Shown here: positions 12,891 through 25,672 of the stretch, one piece after another
Layout of the letters: each line of letters starts with the position of its first letter
How positions within the stretch are numbered: the first letter of the stretch is position 1
Assembly: GCA_038087875.1 (NCBI GenBank)
Contig: CM075990.1
Location: forward strand, 16,866,001-16,930,000
Length of the DNA: 64,000 nucleotides
Origin: Malacoraja senta
Taxonomy: Eukaryota
Reading direction: 5' to 3'
The notes under the pieces: generated by a model
Seen by the model: the letters and a program-made list of their open reading frames with translations, nothing else
Database searches by the model: none
What the model was told of the DNA's origin: nothing
Made by a program: the position numbers and the translations under genes

Positions 12891-13839
12891 GTAAGTCAAG
12901 CAGAAGGTTCTGCCAAGCAGTTGCTTGAAACCAGTATCTAATTTCACTGGAGATTGGGTGGAGTGAATCATGCTAAATAATTTTTTGCACCTTCATACCG
13001 AAAAAAACATTAACAAACGCAGAAAAATTGCATATTAATCTTTATATAGTTTTTTATTTTTAGAGATACAGCATGGAAACAGGCCCTTCGGCCCACCGAG
13101 CACACCGACCAGTGATCCCTACACACTAACACTGCCCTACACACATTGCGGACAATTCACATTTATACCAAACCAATTAACCTACAAACCTGTACGTCTT
13201 TGGAGTGTGGGAGGAAACCGAAGATCTCAGAGAAAACCCACACAGGTCACGGGGAGAACGTACAAACTCCGTACAGACAGCACCCGTAGTCAGGATCAAA
13301 TCCGGGGCTCTGGCTCTGTGAGGCAGCAACTCTACCGCTGTGTCACCATGCCGACCGGTGTTTGTGTTTTGATTAAATAATTTGTGTTCTAAAGAAAATG
13401 CTGATTGTAAACTATTTATGTGAAAATATTCATTATTCCTAATATTTATCTTTCAAAGATAAGAACAGCTACAAGAATAAGTAAATTGATTTCCCTCAAG
13501 AAACCCTTGATCGTAATAATTACTTTTGCTGTCAACGTGAACAAAAAAATAATTGGAAGTTTTAAAAACGATTTGATTGTATTGATAGAGAATTTTACAC
13601 CACAGCCTGTCCCCTAGTTAATGAACAGGTTTTACAGTTGTCCACAAGTCAGTTTTGTCCTTCAATTGGAAAATACGCAAAAATCACTCAATACAGTAGA
13701 TGTATCTCCACAGTATTATCAGGAAGGACATCAAAAGCACATAACACTGATAATTACAATAAAACGTGGGAGAGTCAGGCTAGTTCTGCCGTAGGAACAT
13801 ATAATAAACTTTTGAATTTAATAAGTGTTATCAGTGTAA

Positions 13840-14057
13840 AGGGCCTGTCCCACTTGCTGATTTTTTCGGCGACTGCCGGCGTCAGTGACTGACGTATCAG
13901 GGATGCTGAAAGATTTTGAACATTTCAAAATCCAGCGGCGACAAAAAAATGTTGCGACACTTGAGGAAACACCGCGCGTCAATGCGTCATCACGCCGTGT
14001 CACGCCGCGACTTTTTTGGTGACCTGATACGTCGGTCAATGATGCCGGACAGGCCCA
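13840..14057. mobile_element. PIF/Harbinger-type MITE (right TIR shortened)
   Basis: GGGCCTGTCC...GGACAGGCCC ends; TAA/TTA flanks. Confidence 0.7.
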
Positions 14058-15230
14058 TTACTACGGGTGTCTGGAGTTGTGGGGAGAAGACAGGAGAATG
14101 GGGTTGAGAGGGAAAGATAGATGAACAGTGATTGAATGGCGGAGTAGACTTAATGGGCCAAATTACCCAATTCTGCTCCTATAACTTATGAACATGAATA
14201 ATATTTTGGGAGCTTAATCATAGATAGAGCTGACCGTAAATCGTGAATTCATGAACCCAGGAATAGCCTGTTCAGTTCAGTCTAGTTTATTGTCCCGTGT
14301 ATCGAGGTACAGTGAAAAACTTTTGTTGCGTGCTAACCAGTCAGCAGAAAGACAATACATGATTACAATCGAGCCATTTACAGTGTACAGATACATGATA
14401 AGGGAATAGCGTTTAGTGCAAGGTAAAGCCAGCAAAGTCCGATCAAGGATAGTCCGAGCGTCACCAATGAGGTAGATAGTAGTATTCTAGATATACTGGA
14501 TAGCATCCTGTACACTGGATGTTACCGAACTAGGAACTGTAGATGTTAACAGGGTCAATGTGAAAACAGGGCATCTGTCAGGGAACCAGGTGCAATACAG
14601 ATCTTAAATTCTGCACCCGCCTCTCTCCAATATGCTGTTGAATAATTCCCAAAACATTGAGATTTCTACCAGCTACAACAGGTTAAATGCAAGATGCCTT
14701 TTATATTATAAAGGACACAAAGTGCTGGAGTAACTCAGCGCGTCAGACAGCATCTCTAGTGAACATGGACAGGTAACGTGACCCAAAACATCACCTGATT
14801 ATTTTCTCCAGATGTGCTGAGTTACTTCTATGCTTTGTGTGTTTATTTTGTAAACCAGCATCTGCAGTTCCTTTTTTAAAATCTTTGATATTACATGACA
14901 GACACCTGAGCAGTTAACACATTGGGGATAAATAGATACCAAAGATTTTCAATGGGTTTGTGGATGAATAATCATGTCAAGGGACCCTCACTAAAATACT
15001 TAAAGGAAAGATTTCTCAACAAACCTTCAAAGTGTTCTGACGTTTGTCATCACAAGGTTAAAATGTTAACAGACTTGTCTAAATAGCCATGTCTAAATGA
15101 TTCATGGAGGGAGATGAGTCTTTACATTTTAAAATTGTGTGTTCTTTCCTCTTAAAAAAAAATAATTACAGAGTCGTGGAGCTGTACAGCATTGAAACAG
15201 GCCCTTCAGCCCACCTTATCCATGCTGATC

Positions 15231-15369
15231 TCTTCTTCTTGCGTATTGCGTGCACAGCCTAAAGTTGTAGGTCAACTTGTTCTGTTTGATCTTATTTGCT
15301 TGTGCACGCTGGGTTGATTGCATTCGTCGAAACAGGGCAGACCACATGAAGGTTGCAATCTTCCACCCC
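15231..15369 (-). mobile_element. 139-bp ribozyme-headed short retroposon with (AAG)n tail
   Basis: TSD CATGCTGATC at 15221-15230 and 15370-15379; inserted into a CR1 3' end; 3' hairpins and an AAGAAGAAGA tail. Confidence 0.8.
15316..15369 (-). ncRNA. Minimal HDV-like (CPEB3-like) self-cleaving ribozyme fold
   Basis: Minus strand reads GGGGUGG AA GAUUGCA ACC UUCAUGU GGU CUGCCCU G UUUCGA CGAA UGCAAUC, which parses as P1, P2, P3, L3, P3', P1', mini-P4, J4/2 (CGAA) and P2'. Confidence 0.8.
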
Positions 15370-17281
15370 CATGCTGATCAAGCTGGCATACTAGGCTAGT
15401 GCCATTTTCCTGCATTTGGCCCATAGCCCTCTAAACCCTTCCTATCCATGCATCTGTCCAAATGTCGTTTGAAAGATGGAATTGTATTTCCTTCTACGGC
15501 TTCCTCTGGCAGCTCATTCCAGATATGGACCACCTACCTTTTGTTTTTCTGTGTGCAGTTTGTTATTGTGATCATGTGTGTTTGATTGTGTGTCCATTTT
15601 GTGGTCGTTCACCTGGACTGAGGTCAGTTGGCAGGGCTCGCCACGGGGAGGTGGACAACATGAGCCCCAACAAGCCTGTAAACACAGTACTCATCAATAA
15701 CACAATAGACAAAAGAAAGTTCAATAAATTGAATAAAAGCCCAAAGTCCCTCGTGCAACCAAGACAGTTATTAGTTCAAAGTTTAGTTGGAGTTTGTGGT
15801 GTTGAAGTGGCTGATAGTTGTTGGGAAGAAGCTGGTTTTCACTCATGTACCTGCTTGCCGGAGGCAGGAGTAAAGTGAAAGGGTTCTCCTCTTTGACTAA
15901 TACAGTCCACAGCAGTTTAGACCGTGGCTGTCTTCCCCTTTAGAAGAGGCACTTCAGGCTTGTTCCAGGAACATTGGGCCTGCTGTTGATATGCGCGTAT
16001 CCCTCCGAGACATGAAGTTGAGGATTTTCAGAGTTTTCGTGGAAATATCAACAATAAATAAGCTGGAACCGCAAGCTATGAAATGGAATGAACTAAACCA
16101 ATGTTAATCTGAAGAGAGTTTTGGCAGGTTAATATTTCATGAATCGAACCTGAAGCTAAATGTTAACCCATCTTTCTTCTGCTTTATGTGTGTATTGCTG
16201 CATCTGCTGCCTATCTCCAACACTCTGTGTTTTTACTTCAGGTTTCTGGGGCATTTATTTAAATAAATACATAAGTATTGAACTTACTGCATCCCTGTTA
16301 ACCAGAGACCTTGCTTATTCTTCCAGGTGGTTACTTATCTAATTACAAGCTGCCACCATTGGGAAATTTTAATTTCACCAGCAGGGCCCACTGTCATTTA
16401 GTTTAGAAAAGCTAAATTTAATTTCCTTCAAGAAAACAGCACAGCAACAGATGTGGGCAATTTAACCCCTCAAGCAAGTTGTGCTGTTCAGAGGCTGATC
16501 TACACTGTAACTCCACATGTCTGCTTTCCCCCGACATCTCGCAAAAGGCTTAGTTTAGTTAAGGGATACAGCCTGGAAACAGACCCTTTGGCCCACCTAG
16601 TCCATGCTGACCAGCGATCATCCATTCACACTACTTCTATGTGATCCCACTTTCTCATCCACTCCCTACACATTAGGGGCAATTTTTACAATATAACCCC
16701 CAAACCCGCACATCTTTGGGATGTGGAGGAAACCGGAGCACCTGGAGGAAACCCACACTTTCACAGGGAGAACGTGCAAACTCCACACAGACAGCACCCG
16801 AGGTCAGGATCGAACCGGACTCTCTGGTGCTGTGAGGTAGCAGCTCTACCAGATGCGCCACTTTGCCACCTTTGCTTAAGTAATCTTAACTAAGATTATC
16901 CCTTTGATGTAAAATTTACACTTGGCACTGCTCAGTAACTTGGGAAACTGGCAAGTAGAAAAAAAGCTGTCTTGGGGAAAAAAATGTTTCCCTGTAACCT
17001 ACCCACAGTAATCAGACACTTTAATCTACTATGAAAACAGTCTGTTAGTTTCACTGTGGGAGGCCATTGAAAATGGCCAGCAATCACTTTGTCACCAGAG
17101 TATAGAGGCTACATTTCTGCCTCTGCTTACAGAGGTGTTTCTGAACTTCACGCACAAAAGATGTGATGCTAATTGTTATGTCCTTCTCGTCTCCTCAAGG
17201 AGCAAAAGTAGTTTCTGTCTATCCAACCTCATCTGCGAACATACAGTTAACCGTGTTACAATATGATAGCTGTATTCCTAA

Positions 17282-17712
17282 AGGGCCTGTCCCACTTTCA
17301 CGACTTAATTCAAAACCTCTGCCGAGTTTAAAGGACCGGAAAAAAAAATCAAGATCGTGTTAATCTACGAATTCCTACGACCTTCCACGACTATGTTCAT
17401 GAACTCTTACGAACTCCTACGAGTATGTCTACGAGTTCCCACGACTATTTCAATGCCCTCCTTACCAGTAAAAAGTTGCAATTTTTTTCATCCCGACCAT
17501 TTTTTTACTCGTGGACATTTTTAATCGGGCTGGAAAAAACATCCCGACTTACCTGATGCCACGAGTACCTACGGCCGGCATAACGAGACGCTACGATATA
17601 TCCACGAACTCCTACGACCTCCGACAGACTCATTACGAACATTCTGCGAGTTTGAATCAAGGGGAAAACTTAGGAGAATTCGTGAATAACTCGGGAAAGT
17701 AGGACAGGCCCT
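17282..17712. mobile_element. PIF/Harbinger-type MITE with internal CTACGA repeats
   Basis: AGGGCCTGTCCCACTTTC / GAAAGTAGGACAGGCCCT ends; TAA TSD. Confidence 0.8.
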
Positions 17713-18189
17713 TAAGAAAACACACATTATAGAAAGTCATGTTATAATAACAATTGTGACAAGGGGGGAGGGGGCTAGAGAGTTTCAGATAAGCAATAAC
17801 AAAACTTCACCCTCCTACTGAACAAGAATCTTAGCTATCCCTTCAAGATATTCCAAGTCTCTGCTTCCTCTGCCCTTTGAAAAATAGAGTTCCCAATACT
17901 CACAACTCTCCGAGAGGAAAGGTTTAGCATCATCTCTGTTTCAAGTAGATGACTCCTTATTTTTCAACAAGATTCTCTCAACAAGAGAAGGCAGCTGCTC
18001 AGCATCCGCCCCTCATTCTCTGTGATCATCAACAATCACAAAGTGAAGAATGATTGGCCTCCAAGTGGGTGCACTCTGGTGTACGTCTCTCCATTTGGAT
18101 GTCAGTTCAGTTTAGTTTCTTGTCACGTGTACCGAGGTACAGTGAAAAGCTTTTGTTGCTGCTATGTGACATCTAACGTGAGGAGACCA

Positions 18190-18482
18190 GGTGGTCCTTG
18201 ACAGAGACAGACCCGGGACCAACGGCATGGACCACCATAGATCTCCCTGCTGCAAACTCCTTCCACCTTCTCAGCCGCTGTGGTCTCCACCCGGCGGCCA
18301 GGCACCACCCTCCTCCGCCTGTTGCACCATCCAGGTCTTCTCCTTGGGCCATGTTTTAGTCAGAACCCTCGTCCTGCCCACCATGGGAGGCCCTGCCAGG
18401 AGCTCAGCTCCACACGGTCTACCTCTCAGAGTCTTAGACACACGCAAGCTTCTCCACTAAAAGGTGCGGATCCTTGGAGAAA
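18190..18482 (-). mobile_element. Possible RTE (Expander/Rex3-like) 5' UTR remnant
   Basis: Minus strand gcttgcgtg...ctcctggcagggcctcccatgg...ctgactaaa resembles RTE 5' ends as recalled; no ORF support. Confidence 0.35.
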
Positions 18483-21415
18483 ATTCTCTGCAATATCCTA
18501 TGAACATGAGTCAAAGCTTTCCAAAAAGAATCATAACTTTCCAAGTTTTACCCACACCCAAATCCAGATATAATATACATTGTACTCTCTCAATGGCCAG
18601 TACACCCACACAGGGTTGAAACATAGAAACATAGAATATAGGTGCAAGAGTAGGCCATTCGGCCCTTCAAGCCAGCACCGCCATTCAATATGATCATGGT
18701 TGATCAACCAAAATCAGTACCCCGTTCCTGCTTTTTCCCCAAATCCCTTGATTCCGTTGATTCCAAGATCTCTCTCTTCAAAACATCCAGTGAATTGGCC
18801 TCCACTGCCTTCTGTGGCAGAGAATTCCACAGATTCACAACACTCTGGGTGAAAAAAAAAGTCCTCATCTCAGTCCTAAATGGCCTACCCCTTATTCTTA
18901 AACTGTGACCCCTGGTTCTGGACTCCCCCAACATCAGGAACATGTTTCCTGCAGTCGAGGCTGATGGAGCTGAGGTCCACATAAGCCAGTATCTGGGGAA
19001 CATTCACCGTTACTCTCCAGCCCACCACCAGTACATAGGTTGATTTTGTCCGTGGCTTTTTCCTGATGCATGTAAAAGAGGCAGTCTGACTGTTTACGAT
19101 CATAGTTCCAAAGGTTGGATTAATCAATTACATTAAAATAAGTCACCATTCTGGCAGAGGTTATAACTGGCTGTTTTTGATGGGAGATCTAATCATTAGT
19201 TGCATTAAAGGATTGATTGTAATGACTTCTTCGTCCAGTAATTATACGGTGGAATCCATGCCCCTTTTTTAATTTCATGGAATTAAAATTAATCGACCAT
19301 GGCCCAGGCCAGCATTCATCACTCATCCCTAACTGCCCTGGAGAAGTGGGTGGAGAGCCGCCCACCATGTGATGCCACGGAGGTTCTTGTGGTCAAGCAG
19401 TTCTCTGTCTTCTGTCGGGTCAGGGCTCATGGTGTTTGAGCCCAACATCAGTGAAGGACTTCGTAAATTCATGTGTTCATCAGTCGTCGGAACAGAATTA
19501 GGCCATTCGGCCCATCAAGTCTACTCCGCCATTCAATCATGGCCGATCTAACTCTCCCTCTCAACCCCATTCTCCTGCCTTCTCCCCGTAACCCTTGACA
19601 CCCGCACTAATCAAAAATCTTAACAATCTCCACCTTTAAAATATATGATAAGAATTGATCATAAACAGATAAGGAAAGACTGGTTATCTGGCTGTTGAAA
19701 ATCGAAGACCATGAACTATTGTAGTGCGTGGCATGGCGGTAGAGTTGCTGCCTTACAGCGTCAGAGACCCTGGTTCGATCTTGACTACAGGTGCTGTCTG
19801 TACGGAGTTTGCACGTTCTCCCTGTGGGTTTCCTCCGGGTGCTGCAGTCTCCTCCCACATCGCAAAGACGTGTAGGTTTGTAGTTCAATTGGCTTCAGAA
19901 AATTGTAATGTGCGGGGATTGCTGGTCGGTGCGGACTCGCAGGGCCGAAGGGCCTGTTTCCATGCTGTATCTCTAAACAACTAAACTAATCACCCTTTCC
20001 CAAAAATGTATGCAATAGGTGTCGGTGCATCAGAATTGGAACAGAGACCTGTAGACGGGAAAGATTAACGGGAGTCCAGGTTTTAACTTTCAGAATAAAC
20101 TCTGAAGAAGGATCCCGACCCGAAACGTCACCCATTCCTTCTTTCCAGAAATGTTTCCTGTCCCACTGAGTTACTCTTGTATTTCGTGTCTATCTTCCAC
20201 TTGGGAGACACATGTGCTAAGACAGCTGATTCCTTTCAATACAATACAATTTATTTGTCATTTGGACCCCGTTGAGGTCCAAACGAAATGTCGTTTCTGC
20301 AGCCTTACATTACAAAACGAAGAAGACCCGAGACCCAACACAATTTACACATACATCCATCACAGCGCTGTGATGGAAGGCAAAAAAAACTTATCTCTCC
20401 ACTGCACACCCCCCCCCCCCCCCCCGATGTCAGTGTCAAAGTCAAAGCCCCCGGCGGGCGATGGTGATTGTCCCGCGGCCATTAAAGCCACGCCGGGTGA
20501 TGCAAGGTCGCGCACCGGGTCTTGGTGTTAGAGCCCCGGCGCGCGCTCGCAAAGTCTCGCGGCCATTCCAAGCCGCGCGGAGCGGTGATGTAAAGTCCCG
20601 CTCCAGGTGCTCTTCAACCCCGCAACTCGGGCGGGAGAAGTCGCCGCTGCAGAAGCCCCGAAAAGCGGTCTCCCACCGTCCGCCAGACCCGCGGTTGTAG
20701 CCTCCGAATCTCCGGGGGTTTCCATACGCTGATGGTCACAGATACAAAGCATACGTTGCTGTTTGTACCACCCTCTATCTACATCTCCACTCCCCTGTCG
20801 TCTGTGGTCTGGTAGTTAGACTGTCCAGGCATGGGCTTACTTAAGGTCACTTTCTTTGCCAGTGGTCACTGCGACTGGTATAGTTTAGTTTATAGTCATG
20901 TGTACTGAGGTACAGTGAAAAGCTCTTTTTGATGCCTGCTATCCAGTCCATGGAAGACTATACATGATGGCAATCATGCTGTATAATGCAGGTACAATGG
21001 TCTTATCCAGTGTCAATAACATCCTTCACCCTGACCTGAGGAACTTCTTCCATCTTAGGCTGATCTGACTTTGCCCACGGGTCACTTTATGCCATTGTCT
21101 GTCTTTGTGCATTGCGTCCCTTTACAGACCCAAGTGGTCTCTTTTTCATTTGGTCGTGGATAAAATAAATAAATCACACATCATAGCCTTTCTTGTTTCT
21201 TCAATGATTGTTTTTTGTTGAAGGATTCAACATTCTGCATGGCCGGTACAGGTCTGTGTCTGGACTGGGAGACACAAAATGCTGGAGTAACTGAGCGAGA
21301 CAGGCAGTGTCACTGGAGAGAAGGAATGGGTGACGTTCCAGGTCGAGACCCTTCTTCAGACGTGCAACATCACTCATTCCTTCTCTCCAGAGATGCTGCC
21401 TGACCCACTGAGTTG

Positions 21416-21745
21416 TGGCCCTGTCCCATGGTACGAGTTCATTCCAAGAGCTCTCCCGAGTTTTAAAAAAATCAAACTCGTGGTAAGCACGGAGAATGAA
21501 CGTAGCGGGTACGTCGGAGCTCGGGGACGTCTCTTAGCGGCTCGTAACGCTAACGCCAGGTACTCGGGAAGACTCGCTAACGGCAGGTAAGTTCGGGAAG
21601 ACTCGTGAAGATTTTTCAACGTGTTGAAAAATGTCCACGAGAGCCCTGAGTACCGACGAGTGGCCATTACCGTAAATCTCCGAGTTCGAATCAGGGCAAA
21701 CTCGGGAGAACTCTTGGAATGAACTCGTACCGTGGGACAGGGCCA
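21416..21745. mobile_element. PIF/Harbinger-type MITE nested in a Penelope-derived arm
   Basis: TIR of about 45 bp starting TGGCCCTGTCCCA; splits ctgagtta/ctccagc at a TTA site. Confidence 0.8.
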
Positions 21746-22764
21746 TTACTCCAGCATTTTGTGTCTACCTTCGAGTTAAACCAGCATCTTTCCTACACAT
21801 TTTGTCCGCTCCACTGTGTGTAGACTGGTGCAGATTGTGACCAGGGATGGTGGAAGGACAATAATTGCCTTGGGTGTACGAAGGAACTGCAGGTACTGTT
21901 TTACACCGAAGATAGACACAAAATGCTGGATAAGACTCTATCTTATCTACGGTATCTTATCTCTAGACTCCCTCTCCCCTGATCTGAAGAAGGGTCTCGA
22001 CCCGAAATGTCACCCATTCCTTATCTCCAGGGATACTACTTGTCCCACAGAGTTACTCCAGCATTTTGTGTCTATCTTAATTGTCTTGGTGATTGAATAC
22101 AATGCAGCAATGGAAATGGGAAACTAGCAGTTTAAAGGGATTAGTGATCCCGTCATTTGATTGCAATTCCATTAACGGAAACTGAGGATTTTAAATGTGG
22201 ATGACAGAACAAACTGGAGATCAAGAGCCAGGATCATGACAGGATTGTCGGTACATTATATACATTCAAAATAATGCAGTCTGCCATGCTCCGCCTGTCG
22301 GCTTCATGTATGCCCTGCAACAACTAATAGTTGACTCTCAAGTACATTCTGCACCTGTTTATCAAACCAGCATTCAGAAACAGACACATAAAGCTGGAGT
22401 CACTCAGCGGGACGTAGCTTGTCGCGGGTGGACGTAGGTTGACGGGTTGTCGTAGGTTGTCGTCTTTGTGGACGTAGATTGTCGTAGGTGGACGTCCTAA
22501 TGGGTCGCCGGTTGTCGGTAGCTTGCCGGAGCTTGACGTCGACTAGGTTGTTGTAGACATTGTCGTAGACATTGTTGTAGGGGGGTCCAGTTGCTGGTTT
22601 TTCGGCGACCTGCTACCATCGTCAGTCGCCTAAAAAATTCGCCTAAGTGGGACAGGCCCTTTAGCCCAGCATTTTGTGTCTATCTTGGTATAAACCAGCA
22701 TCTGCAGCTATCGCTCTAATAAGCGACATTTTACTAATCTGCATTTTTATTTCTCCTCTTCTAG

Positions 22765-22840
22765 GACGCAAGCAGGACATCATCAAGATCACAGAGCAGC
22801 TTATCGAAGCGATCAATAATGGAGACTTTGAGGCCTATAC
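22765..22840 (+). CDS. CAMK2G: CaMKII gamma association (hub) domain exon, [25 protein letters not shown]
   Basis: 76-nt exon with ttctag/gtaagt sites. IIKITEQ...[10 protein letters not shown] is the gamma-type sequence. Confidence 0.95.
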
Positions 22841-24076
22841 GTAAGTTCAGGGGTCCTGGGGTGGTGGGATGAGCTGTTACGTTGGCTCTCTGACGTATCT
22901 CCAACAGAACAATGCATGAGGCTTTGAGTTGTAACATCCCTGCTGCAGCTTTGTAAGGATGTAAATAGGACCAGGAAAAGGCCATTCCTCCTTCTTGACC
23001 GTCTATTACCTGCTGTTCCCCACTCGAACCCCTCACCCTATAATTTCTCTCGAGAACCTTTGGACAACACAGTGGAGCAGTGGTAGAGTTGCTGCCTCAC
23101 AGCGCTAGAGACCCGGGTTCGATCCTGACTACGGGTGCTGTCTGTGTGGAGTTTGTACATTTCCCACACTCCAAAGATGTACAGGTTTGTAGGTTAATAG
23201 GCTTCAGTAAAATTGAAAATTGTCCCTAGTGTGTGTGGGATAGTGTTAGTGTGTGGGGATCGCTGGTTGGTGCGGACTCGATGGGCCAAAGGGCCTGTTT
23301 CCACACTGTATCTCTAAACTAAACTAATGATTGTTCCTGAGTTGTCTTTGAATCACTAGAGACCAGTGCCTGGTCTGTCCTGGTTCAGTGTTTCATATAA
23401 TCTACATTGCATGGAGACTCCATGGACCAGGAGTTCTCAGTGGCCTTGAGATGATCTGGACCGTTAACAGACCCGTGTTCATTTTGTATTGGGAAGTGTG
23501 GCGCAGCGGTAGAGTTGCTGCCTTACAGCGCTTGCAGCACTGGAGACCTGGGTTCGATCCTGACCACGGCTGCTGTCTGTGCGGAGTTTGTACGTTCTCC
23601 CTGTGCCCTTGCGAGGTTTTTCTCCGAGATCGTTGGGTTTTCTCCCACCCTCCAAAGACATACAGGTTTGTAGGTTAACTGGCTTGGTAAATGTAAAAAT
23701 TGTCCCAAGTGAGTGTAGGATAGTGTTAGTGTGCGGTGATCGCTGGTCGGCGCGGACCTGGTGGGCCGAAGGGCCTGTTTCCATGCTGTATCTCGAAGCT
23801 AAACTAAACTGAGTGGCTTTGCAAGTCATAGGGTCACATAGCGTGGAAACAGGCCCCTCGACCCAACTTGCCCACACCGACAAACATGTCCCATCGACAC
23901 TAGTCCCACCTGCCTGCATTTGGCCCATATCCCTCTAAACCTGTCCTATCCATGTACCTGTCCAAAAGTTTCTTAAACGTTGCTATAGTGCCTGCCTCAA
24001 CTACCTCCTCCGGCAGCTTGTTCTATACATTCACCACCATTTGCGTGAAAAAGTTCCCCCTCAGATTCCTATAAAT

Positions 24077-24883
24077 GTGAGGTTATCCACTTTGGTGGCA
24101 AAAACAGGAAAGCAGACTATTATCTAAATGGTGGCCGATTAGGAAATGGGGAGATGCAGCGAGACCTGGGTGTCATGGTACACCAGTCATTGAAAGTAGG
24201 CATGCAGGTGCAGCAGGCAGTGAAGAAAGCGAATGGTATGTTAGCTTTCATAGCAAAAGGATTTGAGTATAGGAGCAGGGAGGTTCTACTGCAGTTGTAC
24301 AGGGTCTTGGTGAGACCACACCTGGAGTATTGCGTACAGTTTTGGTCTCCAAATCTGAGGAAGGACATTATAGCCATAGAGGTAGTGCAGAGAAGGTTCA
24401 CCAGACTGATTCCTGGGATGTCAGGACTTTCATATGAAGAAAGACTGGATAGACTTGGCTTATACTCGCTAGAATTTAGGAGATTGAGAGGGGATCTTAT
24501 AGAAACGTACAAAATTCTTATGGGATTGGACAGGCTAGATGCAGGAAGATTGTTCCTGATGCTGGGGAAGTCCAGGACAAGGGGTCACAGCTTAAGGATA
24601 AGGGGGAAATCCTTTAAGACCGAGATGAGAAAAAACTTTTTCACACAGAGAGTGGTGAATCTCTGGAACTCTCTGCCACAGAGGGTAGTTGAGGCCAGTT
24701 CATTGGCTATATTTAAGAGGGAGTTAGATGTGGCCCTTGTGGCTAAGGGGATCAGGGGGTATGGAGAGAAGGCAGGTACGGGATACTGAGTTGGATGATC
24801 AGCCATGATCATATTGAATGGCGGTGCAGGCTCGAAGGGCCGAATGGCCTACTCCTGCACCTATTTTCTATGTATCTATGTAT
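24077..24883 (+). mobile_element. Young CR1-like LINE 3' fragment inserted in an opposite-strand CR1 copy
   Basis: Uninterrupted 211-aa ORF2 C-terminus (24154-24789); TCTATGTA tail; CTATAAAT at both junctions. Confidence 0.92.
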
Positions 24884-25672
24884 CTATAAATCTTTCCCCC
24901 CTCACCTTAAACCTATGTCCTCTGGTTCTCGATTCCCCTACTCTGGGCAAGAGACTCTGTGCATCTACCCGATCTATTCCTCTGATGGTTTTGTACATAA
25001 GTCAACAGCGGGACTTGTTCTGCAGCGGTGAATCAGGTTGCTGTGAGTGGGCGTGGAAGGGGCAGATAAGGAACCATTCCTTGTAAATGAAAAGCCCATC
25101 AGACACGGAGCAGTGTTCAACTCTGTGCTAGTGAGTAGGACTGGTGGATATTTGTAAGGACTAAATTAGCAATGATGCTAATTAACATGTGGGAGGATTT
25201 GGATGGGGAGAGAAAAAGTCATAGAACGTACTGTGCCAGAGTCTTGCCAATATTCCGAGCCTACACGTGGGCTTGCTTCCAATAAATTAAAGAGAATGAT
25301 TTTCATTTGAATCATGTTGCTACAGTAACGCAGCGGTAGAGTTGCTGCCTCACAGCGAATGCAACGCCGGAGACCCGGGTTCGATCCCGACTACGGGTGC
25401 TGTCTGTACGGAGTTTGTAAGTTCTCCTTATGACTGCGTGACTATAGATCTGGGATTACAAATATCCTTAATCTGTGCACTGTGGACGGCTTGATTATAT
25501 TCATGTACATTCCTTTCTCTAACTGGACATCACACAAACAAAAGCCTTTTTACCTCGATGCACGGGACAATAATAAACGAAACTAAAACAATTTATGTTG
25601 AAAGTTTAACTTGCTACCGAGTTCAGGGTCTACTTAACACCGGCCTTTCAAACACTTTTAGTGACAATAGAT

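Noticed and set aside
15600..15690. UG-rich tract followed by a possible small exon
   Set aside because: One acceptor leads to a stop; the other lacks a phase-matched donor and runs into a Rex1-like repeat.
16242..16326. Strong-looking acceptor (ttttacttcag) as another CAMK2G cassette
   Set aside because: 85 nt to a weak gtggtt donor, not frame-preserving, AT-rich and not coding-like.
17200..17280. Branch point plus ctcctcaag acceptor opening GAKVVSVYPTSS
   Set aside because: No phase-compatible strong donor before the MITE at 17282.
17350..17660. Short CTACGA/ACGAAC repeats suggesting an array or CRISPR
   Set aside because: Irregular internal sub-repeats of a TIR-bounded MITE in a vertebrate intron; no repeat-spacer structure.
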